A stretch of DNA of 64,000 bases, taken from contig CBDBHZ010000012.1 of assembly GCA_965205905.1 (NCBI GenBank), forward strand, positions 316,445 through 380,444. The letters run 5' to 3'. This stretch comes from Alphaproteobacteria bacterium (lineage in GTDB: Bacteria > Pseudomonadota > Alphaproteobacteria > JABAAW01 > JAHZMA01). The first letter of the stretch is position 1, and each line of letters begins with the position of its first letter. Shown here in pieces: positions 9,809 to 18,239 of the stretch. Made by a program: the position numbers and the translations under genes. The notes beneath the pieces are model-generated. The model was not told where the DNA came from. It did not search any database and saw only the letters and a program-made list of their open reading frames with translations.

Positions 9809-10481
9809 TACTGGCATAAAACAGCGTATGATGCTCATCAATATCGGCAATCATATTCACCACGCGTATTTGAAAATACTCACCATCAGATTCCAAATGC
9901 CCTTGCCCGATAAGGTGATGCCCGATTTTCAATTCCAGACTGCTTTCAATATCTTTATCAATCTCAATAATCGCACCGCGCCCGATTTTCATTAATTGCT
10001 CAATGCGTAACTCGGTATTGCCGATTTCGGCAACAATTTGCAATGGCACACTCGCCATAGCGGTGGTCTCAATATCAAATCCCGGCACAGTTACAACGGT
10101 TGGCTCTACTTTTTGCACCGAAGCATGTTCACCTTCAGGGTCGATATTATATTTATGGTCTGTATGAGGAATATCTTGTTGCGTATTGCCATGATAAATA
10201 TCTTCTTCTTTTAAGATATCAGCAGTTTTTTCAGGGGATACCGCCTGTGCGGTTTGGTTGAGTAATGTGTCTATATCAAAATTATCGCCTAAAGTTTCAC
10301 CTTGCACACCATCGCGCGGTATATGCACAGCGCCTATAGTTTCTGGATTGGTGTTTGCTGGCATTATATTTTCTGGCATTATATTTTCTGGATTGGCATC
10401 ATTCAGAATCTGCGTTAAATCATCGGGCAACTGCCCATTATTAGCATTATTAAACTCATCAGCCATATTATCATCCTTCAT
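9801..10481 (-). CDS. fliN: flagellar motor switch FliN-like protein (SpoA domain) with acidic repetitive N-terminus
   Basis: C-terminus VPLQIVAEIGNTELRIEQLMKIGRGAIIEIDK...LIGQGHLESDGEYFQIRV is a FliN/SpoA domain. The N-terminus is low-complexity, D/E/N/P-rich. Confidence 0.6.
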   Translation of the reverse strand: MKDDNMADEFNNANNGQLPDDLTQILNDANPENIMPENIMPANTNPETIGAVHIPRDGVQGETLGDNFDIDTLLNQTAQAVSPEKTADILKEEDIYHGNTQQDIPHTDHKYNIDPEGEHASVQKVEPTVVTVPGFDIETTAMASVPLQIVAEIGNTELRIEQLMKIGRGAIIEIDKDIESSLELKIGHHLIGQGHLESDGEYFQIRVVNMIADIDEHHTLFYASNE

Positions 10482-10536
10482 ATAAGAATATCATCATATT
10501 TCGCACTATAGCATAATCACAGTGAAACAGTCAAAA

Positions 10537-11544
10537 TCAAACTTTTGCCATGATTCTAGCAACATCAATCATGCGGAGCGAGAATGCCCATTCATTATCA
10601 TACCATGCGCCAACACGGATAAAATCATCGGCAATAATTTGCGTCTGCCCCATATCAAAGATACAGCTTGCGGGGTGATGCGTGAAATCAATCGATACCA
10701 GTGGCTCATCACTATAGGCAAGCACATTTTTTAGTTCATTTTCGCTTGCCTTGATAATCGCCTGATGAATCGTATCAACACTCACTTTTTTGCGCGCTGA
10801 GAATGTTAAATCAACAAAGGATACATTGGCGGTTGGCACGCGCATAGAACAGCCATCTAATCGCCCTTCAAGTTCTGGAATAACCTGACTGACCGAGCTT
10901 GCCGCACCCGTTGTGGTTGGCACAATAGAAAGCCCCGCAGCCCGCGCACGGCGGAAATCCTTATGGCTGGCATCAACCAGATTTTGGTCGCCCGTATAAG
11001 CATGAATCGTCGTCATGTAACCTTTTTCTATGCCCGCAACCTCATTCATGATTTTGGCAAGGGGGGCAATGCAGTTGGTGGTGCAAGAAGCGTTAGAAAT
11101 AACTTTATGGTCAGGCTTAATAGCGTGATGGTTAATGCCATAAACCACCATTAAATCAGCTTGCTTGCAAGGCGCTGATACCAATATTTTTTTGGCACCG
11201 CCAATGGTAATATGTTGCTCTGCCGCTTTTTTATCGTTAAATTTACCACTACATTCTAGCACAATATCAACATTATGTGCGCGCCAATCTATCGTCTGTA
11301 AATCGCGGCTGTTCATTAAAGCCACTTTGCCATGTGGGGTGATAAGAGTGTCGCCCTCAATGCTAACAGGCACATTGCAAACGCCATGCACAGAATCATA
11401 TTTCAGCAAATGTTGGGCAAGTTCGGGCTTGCTGATGGCATTGAGTGCGCTGATATGATAATCGGGGTTGGGGTCTTCTAACCATGCGCGGAATATTAAC
11501 CTACCGATGCGTCCAAATCCGTTGATAGCCCATTGTTGTAACAT
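10537..11544 (-). CDS. gap: glyceraldehyde-3-phosphate dehydrogenase
   Basis: INGFGRIGR and SCTTNC motifs; 335 aa. Confidence 0.9.
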   Translation of the reverse strand: MLQQWAINGFGRIGRLIFRAWLEDPNPDYHISALNAISKPELAQHLLKYDSVHGVCNVPVSIEGDTLITPHGKVALMNSRDLQTIDWRAHNVDIVLECSGKFNDKKAAEQHITIGGAKKILVSAPCKQADLMVVYGINHHAIKPDHKVISNASCTTNCIAPLAKIMNEVAGIEKGYMTTIHAYTGDQNLVDASHKDFRRARAAGLSIVPTTTGAASSVSQVIPELEGRLDGCSMRVPTANVSFVDLTFSARKKVSVDTIHQAIIKASENELKNVLAYSDEPLVSIDFTHHPASCIFDMGQTQIIADDFIRVGAWYDNEWAFSLRMIDVARIMAKV

Positions 11545-11637
11545 TTTATTCTCCTTATATCAGCAATATGCAAGTAATTTAACGATAATTATGTTTAAAA
11601 TCAAGTTGGTGATTAAAATTTGTTATCAAACTGAGAG

Positions 11638-12456
11638 TTATTTTTCATTATATTTAGGGTCGCTATATGGAATATCTTCAGGGTTAGCTAGACTGATATT
11701 GCTATATAAATCTTCAGACCGCTTTAAGAATAGCATCAAAATATCAGCGGCATTTGAGGTAAAGTTAAAAATTGTATGTTCAAAAACAAGATTTTCACCG
11801 GGTTTTATCGGCTTGGGTGGCATTTTGACACGGGTAACATATTCCTCAGTCCCATAGATATTGACAAGCGAAAGACGCAATGTTGGCACAACAGCCTCTT
11901 GCCCACTCACATTGGTAATGGTGCTTCTAATATTTAAGATTCTCTCTAAATTTCTAAATTGCACTGAAAACTGGGTGTCGGTAATAACAAAACCCTTCAC
12001 ATTGGTTTTTTCATCTACATCCAGATTAACAGTGTTATAAATTTTTGAGAGGGCAGGGAATTGTGCCACTAATATATCGCGGTAAAATACCGAATAGGTT
12101 ACCATAGAAAAAGTAACCACAATCAGAATAAGCCATGCGGTGAAAATAAGACTTTGCCGAACGCGTCTGCTTTGATAATCCGAAACATAAGCCGATTTCA
12201 GCAGTGATGGCATGTTATCACCGGGTAGCCTATCAATCGCAATCGCATCATGTCCGCCATAAGAAATAGAGGGCGCTGCACCATCATCAAGAAACACATC
12301 AACCGAAACATCTGTTTCGGGAATATCAGCATAGATGGCGGGGTCTACAAACCATTCATGGTTGCAAATACCACATTGCACCTGTTTGCCAACACTCTCT
12401 AATGCGCTTTTTCTTACATCAAAAATCGATGTGCAATAGGGGCAGGAAATATGCAT
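11638..12456 (-). CDS. MJ0042-type zinc-ribbon / DUF3426-like membrane protein
   Basis: MHISCPYCTS...VQCGICNHEW zinc ribbon, one TM segment, C-terminal DUF3426-like region. An upstream in-frame Met at 12528 is possible. Confidence 0.45.
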   Translation of the reverse strand: MHISCPYCTSIFDVRKSALESVGKQVQCGICNHEWFVDPAIYADIPETDVSVDVFLDDGAAPSISYGGHDAIAIDRLPGDNMPSLLKSAYVSDYQSRRVRQSLIFTAWLILIVVTFSMVTYSVFYRDILVAQFPALSKIYNTVNLDVDEKTNVKGFVITDTQFSVQFRNLERILNIRSTITNVSGQEAVVPTLRLSLVNIYGTEEYVTRVKMPPKPIKPGENLVFEHTIFNFTSNAADILMLFLKRSEDLYSNISLANPEDIPYSDPKYNEK

Positions 12457-12656
12457 ATATTTGTCTCTATTATCAGTAGCATGGTTGCTATTACGATATA
12501 ACATAAACAGTCTAAGGCTAGCAAGCAATCAGTTTATGATAAAATATTATAATTGCACTGTATAAATATGCCTTGCTGTGTTAATATTGCAAAAAGTAAC
12601 GACATATAATATTACCAGCGATGTCGCTTACATATTGAGGGGATGATTGCTTTAAG

Positions 12657-13922
12657 ATGCAGGAAAATATAACAAACAGAACGATTTTCTGCCGTGATAA
12701 TCTTGATATTATGCGGGGGATGGATACAGAATCTATCGACCTCATCTATCTTGACCCACCTTTTAACACAAAAAAAACATTTACTGCCCCGATTGGCAGC
12801 AGTGCAGAGGGGGCTTCGTTTTCTGATATTTTCCGTGAAGAAGATGTGAAAGATGAGTGGTTGCTAGATATTAAAGAAGATTTTTTTTCTATCCATGAAT
12901 TTCTAAATTCTGTCAAAAATATAGAAGGGCGCACATCTTATAATTTTTGTTATCTTGCTTATATGGCGATTCGATTGATAGAATGCCATCGTATCTTAAA
13001 AGATACGGGTAGCCTATATTTACATTGCGACCCAACCATGAGCCATTATTTAAAAATTCTGCTAGATTGTATTTTTGGTGAGAAGAAATTTAGGAATGAA
13101 ATTATATGGAGTTACCAACGGTGGACGGGCGCAACAAAGAATTTTCAAAAAATGCACGATATTATTTTATTTTATGCCAAAAACAACAATAACTTTACCA
13201 TGATTAGCGAGCCCTATAGCGATAAATCAAAACATAAGGGGCGGCGATTTACAACCACGCAAAAGGGCGCCATCACAGGTCAAGAATATATCAATGCGAA
13301 CCGCGAAAAAGCAATGCGTGACGTTTGGGAAATATCAATATTGAATAGCCAAGCCAAAGAGCGCACGGGCTATCCCACTCAAAAACCTCTTGCTTTGCTA
13401 GAACGCATTATCAAAGCCTCTTGCCCCGAAAATGGTATCGTGCTTGACCCCTTTTGCGGTTGCGCCACCACATGTATTGCGGCTGAACGATTGGGCAAAA
13501 AATGGATAGGCATTGATATATCAGTAAAAGCTTACGAATTGGTGCGTGAGAGGCTGGCAAAAGAAGTGGAGTGGGAAGATAGCCTGTTCCATGAAGAGTT
13601 GGTGAATTTTCAAACAAATCCGCCTAACCGCACTGATATTGGGCAAGATACGCAAGTAAAAAAATATGTCTATATTATATCGCATCAGCAATATCAGGGC
13701 GAATATAAAGTCGGGATTGCGTCTGATGTAAAATCAAGGCTGAATAGCTATCAAACGGGCGATCCTAACCGTGCCTATCACTTAGAATATTCATTTCATA
13801 CGCCATATTTTCGGGCGATAGAAAACTATATTCATGAAAAATATGATAATAAACATGAATGGGTGAGTGGTGAATTAAAGGATATTATTAAAGATATTGA
13901 AAATTATCAATCAAACGGGTAA
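12657..13922 (+). CDS. beta-class DNA amino-methyltransferase fused to C-terminal T5orf172/GIY-YIG-like domain (paralogue of 8567-9808)
   Basis: SIDLIYLDPPFNTK, NEIIW, GYPTQKPLALLERII, DPFCGCATT, colinear with the HNH-fused paralogue. Tail YVYIISHQ...YKVGIASDVKSRLNSYQTGDP...EKY...HEWV fits the T5orf172 (PF10544-like) pattern. Confidence 0.75.
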   Translation: MQENITNRTIFCRDNLDIMRGMDTESIDLIYLDPPFNTKKTFTAPIGSSAEGASFSDIFREEDVKDEWLLDIKEDFFSIHEFLNSVKNIEGRTSYNFCYLAYMAIRLIECHRILKDTGSLYLHCDPTMSHYLKILLDCIFGEKKFRNEIIWSYQRWTGATKNFQKMHDIILFYAKNNNNFTMISEPYSDKSKHKGRRFTTTQKGAITGQEYINANREKAMRDVWEISILNSQAKERTGYPTQKPLALLERIIKASCPENGIVLDPFCGCATTCIAAERLGKKWIGIDISVKAYELVRERLAKEVEWEDSLFHEELVNFQTNPPNRTDIGQDTQVKKYVYIISHQQYQGEYKVGIASDVKSRLNSYQTGDPNRAYHLEYSFHTPYFRAIENYIHEKYDNKHEWVSGELKDIIKDIENYQSNG

Positions 13923-13966
13923 TATCATATATAACTATAAAAATGGTTCGGAGGTAAAAGATAAGA

Positions 13967-14554
13967 GTGATGACTGATAAGCAAATAATCTATATTGGTA
14001 TGGGGAGCAATGTCGGTGATAGGAATCAGCATTTTAATAGAGCGATTGCTGTTTTATCGCAAAATATAGAGATACAACAATTATCGCATCGCTTTGTTAG
14101 CAAGGCAATGTATAACACCCAACAAGATGATTTCTTAAATATGGTGATACGTGGCGCAAGCTTTATGTCGGCACGCCAGATACTCACCTTCTTTAAGCAG
14201 ATTGAACAAAGTTTTGGACGTGATTTACAGGCGGCGCGCTATGGCCCACGTCCGCTTGATATAGATTTGCTATTTTATGGCAACCATATCATTGATGAGG
14301 CTGACTTAAAAGTGCCGCACCCCTTATTGTATGAGCGCAATTTCGTGCTAGAGCCGTTAGTGCAAGTGGCTGATAATGATTTTTACGACCCTCATTCAGG
14401 CAAACGTGCAACGCAACTATTGACAGATTTGTTTCGCAATCAGGGCAGAACAATTCCTTTTGCTACCAAGCATGAGCCAGCATCGCGTGTTGTGAAGCCG
14501 CTTTATCAAAAAGCATCGCAAGCCCAACCGACCATCCGAAAGCTTGTCTTGTGA
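13967..14554 (+). CDS. folK: 2-amino-4-hydroxy-6-hydroxymethyldihydropteridine pyrophosphokinase
   Basis: IYIGMGSNVGDR...LDIDLLFYG...HPLLYERNFVLEPL are HPPK signatures. Confidence 0.8.
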   Translation: MMTDKQIIYIGMGSNVGDRNQHFNRAIAVLSQNIEIQQLSHRFVSKAMYNTQQDDFLNMVIRGASFMSARQILTFFKQIEQSFGRDLQAARYGPRPLDIDLLFYGNHIIDEADLKVPHPLLYERNFVLEPLVQVADNDFYDPHSGKRATQLLTDLFRNQGRTIPFATKHEPASRVVKPLYQKASQAQPTIRKLVL

Positions 14555-16395
14555 TTGCTGATTATCTTAATGACTTTCACATGTGGGCAGTATTTGCGAT
14601 TGTTGTGGGGAGTTTTTATCTTTATGCCAGTCAAAAATTACCGATGGAGGTAACGGCATTTGGTATTATTGTCGCCCTTATTTTATTATTTTATATCGCG
14701 CCATATCAAAAACAGGTTTTGGATTATCAAGATTTACTGTTTGGTTTTGCCAACCCCGCGCTTATCACATTGCTATGTTTGCTGGTGTTGGGCGAGGCTG
14801 TAAATCGCACAGGCATGTTAGATAGGCTAACTGAAAAAATCATTAAAATTGCTGCGGGCTATCGCATGATAGCGATTATTTTCTCGTTCACGATTGTGCT
14901 GGTGATTAGCGGTTTTCTTAATAATATTCCGGTGGTGATGCTGTTTATTCCAGTGATTTTCAAAATCTGTCGACGTTTCCGCGTGCCGCCCGGTCGCTAT
15001 ATGATGTCGCTCAGTTTCTTTTCAATATTAGGCGGGATGACGACGTTAATCGGCTCTTCTACAAATCTTTTGGTGTCGTCGGCATTGATTGCGATGGGCA
15101 GAGAGGGTTTTGACTTTTTCACTTTTACCGCGCCCGGTATCATCATGGTGATTAGTGGTGGTTTTTATGTGTTCTTTATCATGCCGTTTATTATGAAGCA
15201 TTTAGGCGAGCAGAAAACGCCCGCCGAAAGCCATGAACGCGATATTTTCTTTATGCAATTTACCCTTAATGATGAGTTGAAATTGGTGGGTAAAAGCGCG
15301 GATGGTGAGGGAAAATTTGAAGAGTTGCCTGATACAGTTCAGTTGCAATTTGTGAAACGCGGTAAGAAAATATTTCATCCGCCTTTTCAATCGGTAACCT
15401 TAAATAAAGGCGATGTGATGGTGGTGGCGGCAACCCAAGAAGAATTTGAAAAAATGAGCCAAAATCAAAGCCTTGAAGTGTTTTCTGGCAATGTTGACAA
15501 TGATGATGAGCATAAAGCAGAAGTAAAGCCAGAGGTAAAATCATTGGGACGTGCCGAAGTGGTGGTGGTGCCAAATTCATCAATGGTGAATCGCACCATC
15601 AGCTCCATCCGCTTTTTTGACCGCTATGATTGTGCAGTGCTAGGCATTAAGCGCAAGCGGGCAAAGATTACCCAACAGATTGATGATGTTAAACTTGAGG
15701 GTGGTGATGTTTTATTATTGCAAGGCGACCGTGAGAGTCTGTTGCAATTAAAGCGCAGCCGCAATATGATTCTGATGGAGCACTCGCTCAGCGAAGTGAG
15801 TTCAGTCAATTTTCTCAAACGTTCGGTATTGATTTTTAGCTTGGTGATGCTGTTTGCTGCCACTGGCACTGTGCCGATTTTGTTAGCGACCTTAGTGGGC
15901 GTGTTGGCGATGTTTGTCTTAAAAATTATCAGTGTACCTAATGCGTTAGGGGTAATGGATGGTAAAATCATTCTGGTGATTAGCGCGTCATTGGCGTTGG
16001 GATTGGCGTTAGAGGTAACTGGCGGTGCCAGCCTTATCGCGATATTATTTGTGCAATTAATGGGCAACAGCTCACCTGCCATCGTGCTATCGCTGTTTTT
16101 CCTCATCACGGCTTTATTATCTAATATGCTTTCTACCAAAGCGACAGCGGTTTTATTCACGCCGATTGCGGTTGGCATTGCGAATCATTTGGGCGTTGAT
16201 GCTTTGCCATTTGTGATTGCGGTTGTGTTTGCTTCTAATTGTTCATTTGCATCACCGATTGGTTATCAAACCAATCTGCTGGTGATGGGACCGGGTGGCT
16301 ATGAGTTTAAAGATTTCTTGAAAGCAGGCTTGCCTTTGATTATGGTATGCTGGCTAACATTTACTGTGTTGGCATTTACTTTCTTTAATTTATAA
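14551..16395 (+). CDS. SLC13/DASS-superfamily permease with two internal TrkA-C domains
   Basis: Two multi-TM halves flank two TrkA-C-like segments (VVVPNSSMVNRTISSI..., LQFVKRGKKIFHP...). Confidence 0.6.
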   Translation: MIADYLNDFHMWAVFAIVVGSFYLYASQKLPMEVTAFGIIVALILLFYIAPYQKQVLDYQDLLFGFANPALITLLCLLVLGEAVNRTGMLDRLTEKIIKIAAGYRMIAIIFSFTIVLVISGFLNNIPVVMLFIPVIFKICRRFRVPPGRYMMSLSFFSILGGMTTLIGSSTNLLVSSALIAMGREGFDFFTFTAPGIIMVISGGFYVFFIMPFIMKHLGEQKTPAESHERDIFFMQFTLNDELKLVGKSADGEGKFEELPDTVQLQFVKRGKKIFHPPFQSVTLNKGDVMVVAATQEEFEKMSQNQSLEVFSGNVDNDDEHKAEVKPEVKSLGRAEVVVVPNSSMVNRTISSIRFFDRYDCAVLGIKRKRAKITQQIDDVKLEGGDVLLLQGDRESLLQLKRSRNMILMEHSLSEVSSVNFLKRSVLIFSLVMLFAATGTVPILLATLVGVLAMFVLKIISVPNALGVMDGKIILVISASLALGLALEVTGGASLIAILFVQLMGNSSPAIVLSLFFLITALLSNMLSTKATAVLFTPIAVGIANHLGVDALPFVIAVVFASNCSFASPIGYQTNLLVMGPGGYEFKDFLKAGLPLIMVCWLTFTVLAFTFFNL

Positions 16396-16421
16396 TATTA
16401 TTTTTTGAAAAGGATTGATAG

Positions 16422-18215
16422 ATGCATGATTATCGGACGCATCATTGTTACGAATTGACTCTGAAACAAGCGGGGAACTCTGTTAAATTATCGGGTTGGG
16501 TAGATAGAAAACGCGACCATGGCGGTTTATTATTTATTGATTTGCGCGATATGTATGGTATCACGCAATGTGTGGTGGAAGAAAATTCACCCTTATTTGC
16601 TGAGCTCACCAATGTACCACTAGAATCAGTACTTTGTGTTGATGGTGAGGTGCAACCGCGCACTGCCGAAACCATCAATAAAGATTTAGGCACAGGCGAG
16701 ATTGAAGTCCGCGTGAGGCAAGTTGAAATGTTATCGGAAGCGGCGGCATTGCCGATGCCCGTTAATCAGGAAAGCAGTGATTATCCTGAAGATATAAGGT
16801 TGCGCTATCGTTATCTGGATTTACGAAAGCGTGATATGATGAATAATATTATATTGCGTAACCGTGTGGTGAAACTATTGCGGGAAAAAATGCACGCCCG
16901 TGGTTTTCAAGAGTTTCACACGCCGATTCTAACGGCAAGCTCGCCCGAAGGTGCGCGTGATTTTTTGGTGCCTAGCCGTTTGCATCCGGGTAAATTTTAC
17001 GCATTGCCACAAGCACCGCAACAATTTAAGCAATTATTGATGGTGGCAGGGTTTGATAAATATTTCCAAATCGCGCCATGTTTTCGCGATGAAGATGCGC
17101 GCCGAGACCGCTCGCCCGGTGAGTTTTATCAGCTGGATTTTGAAATGGCATTCGCCACCCAACAAGATGTGTTTGATGTGATTGAACCCGTGCTTCACGA
17201 ATTATTTACCGAATGTTCCGATAAAACAGTTAGTCCCTATCCGTTTCAGCAAATCACCTATCATGATGCGATGAATAAATATGGCTCGGATAAGCCCGAT
17301 TTGCGTAATCCGTTATTGATACAAGAAGTTACCGAAATTTTTGAAGGCTCTGATTTTAAGATTTTTGCAAAATTGATTGCTGAAAAAGACTTTATCGTTC
17401 GTGGTATTATCGTGCCAGATGCGGCAGCACAGCCACGTTCATTCTTTGACAAGCTCAATGATTGGGCGCGGTCGGCAGGGCAGGCAGGGCTTGGCTATAT
17501 CAGCTTTAAAATGGAAGGTAGCGAGGGCGGTGAAGGCCCTATTGCGAAAAATCTTGACGATGCACGGATTGCTCAATTAAAACAACTCACCAATATTAAG
17601 CAGGGCGATGCGGTGTTTTTTGCATGTGGTAAGCCGCATGAATCAGCGCAATTTGCAGGGCAGGCGCGGACTAAAATTGCCGAAACGCTGGATTTGATTA
17701 AGAATGATTCATTCCAATTTTGTTGGATTACTGATTTTCCATTTTATGAGCTTGATGAAAAAACAGGCAAAGTGATTTTCTCGCATAATCCTTTTTCTAT
17801 GCCACAAGGCGGGTTAGATGCGCTTAATAATAGTGACCCACTCGCGATTAAAGCATGGCAATATGATATTGTGTGTAATGGGATTGAGCTTTCATCAGGG
17901 GCGATTCGAAATCATCGCACTGATATAATGCTGAGAGCGTTTGAAATTGCGGGCTATTCTAAAGAGCAAGTGGAACAAGAATTTGGCGGTATGCTAACCG
18001 CATTTTCGTATGGTGCGCCACCACATGGCGGGGCGGCACCAGGTCTTGAGCGCATTGTGATGTTATTGGCTGATACGCCGAATATTCGCGAGATTGTGCC
18101 ATTCCCAATGACGCAAACCGCGCAAGATTTAATGACGGGCGCACCGCTTGCGATTGATGAGAAGCTGTTAGAAGAGGTGCATATTCGCGTGAAAATGCCG
18201 ATTTTACCTGAATAA
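16422..18215 (+). CDS. aspS: aspartate--tRNA ligase
   Basis: 597 aa; class II AspRS motifs ([19 protein letters not shown]). Confidence 0.9.
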   Translation: MHDYRTHHCYELTLKQAGNSVKLSGWVDRKRDHGGLLFIDLRDMYGITQCVVEENSPLFAELTNVPLESVLCVDGEVQPRTAETINKDLGTGEIEVRVRQVEMLSEAAALPMPVNQESSDYPEDIRLRYRYLDLRKRDMMNNIILRNRVVKLLREKMHARGFQEFHTPILTASSPEGARDFLVPSRLHPGKFYALPQAPQQFKQLLMVAGFDKYFQIAPCFRDEDARRDRSPGEFYQLDFEMAFATQQDVFDVIEPVLHELFTECSDKTVSPYPFQQITYHDAMNKYGSDKPDLRNPLLIQEVTEIFEGSDFKIFAKLIAEKDFIVRGIIVPDAAAQPRSFFDKLNDWARSAGQAGLGYISFKMEGSEGGEGPIAKNLDDARIAQLKQLTNIKQGDAVFFACGKPHESAQFAGQARTKIAETLDLIKNDSFQFCWITDFPFYELDEKTGKVIFSHNPFSMPQGGLDALNNSDPLAIKAWQYDIVCNGIELSSGAIRNHRTDIMLRAFEIAGYSKEQVEQEFGGMLTAFSYGAPPHGGAAPGLERIVMLLADTPNIREIVPFPMTQTAQDLMTGAPLAIDEKLLEEVHIRVKMPILPE

Positions 18216-18239
18216 CTGCCTTGATTAATGAGATAAAAT

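Noticed and set aside
12596-12632. Imperfect inverted repeat gtaacgacat...atgtcgcttac upstream of the MTase-T5orf172 gene, as a possible operator or insertion boundary
   Set aside because: There is one mismatch and only a single occurrence. Nothing distinguishes it from chance in an AT-rich promoter region, though it is worth a look if the cassette hypothesis is pursued.
15624-16178. 184-aa ORF antisense to the SLC13 permease gene, and similar antisense ORFs (e.g. 2565-2810, 8712-9140, 27683-28054, 32210-33075, 44349-44729)
   Set aside because: All are embedded in the opposite strand of confidently identified genes and have no recognisable domains. They are treated as non-coding shadows.
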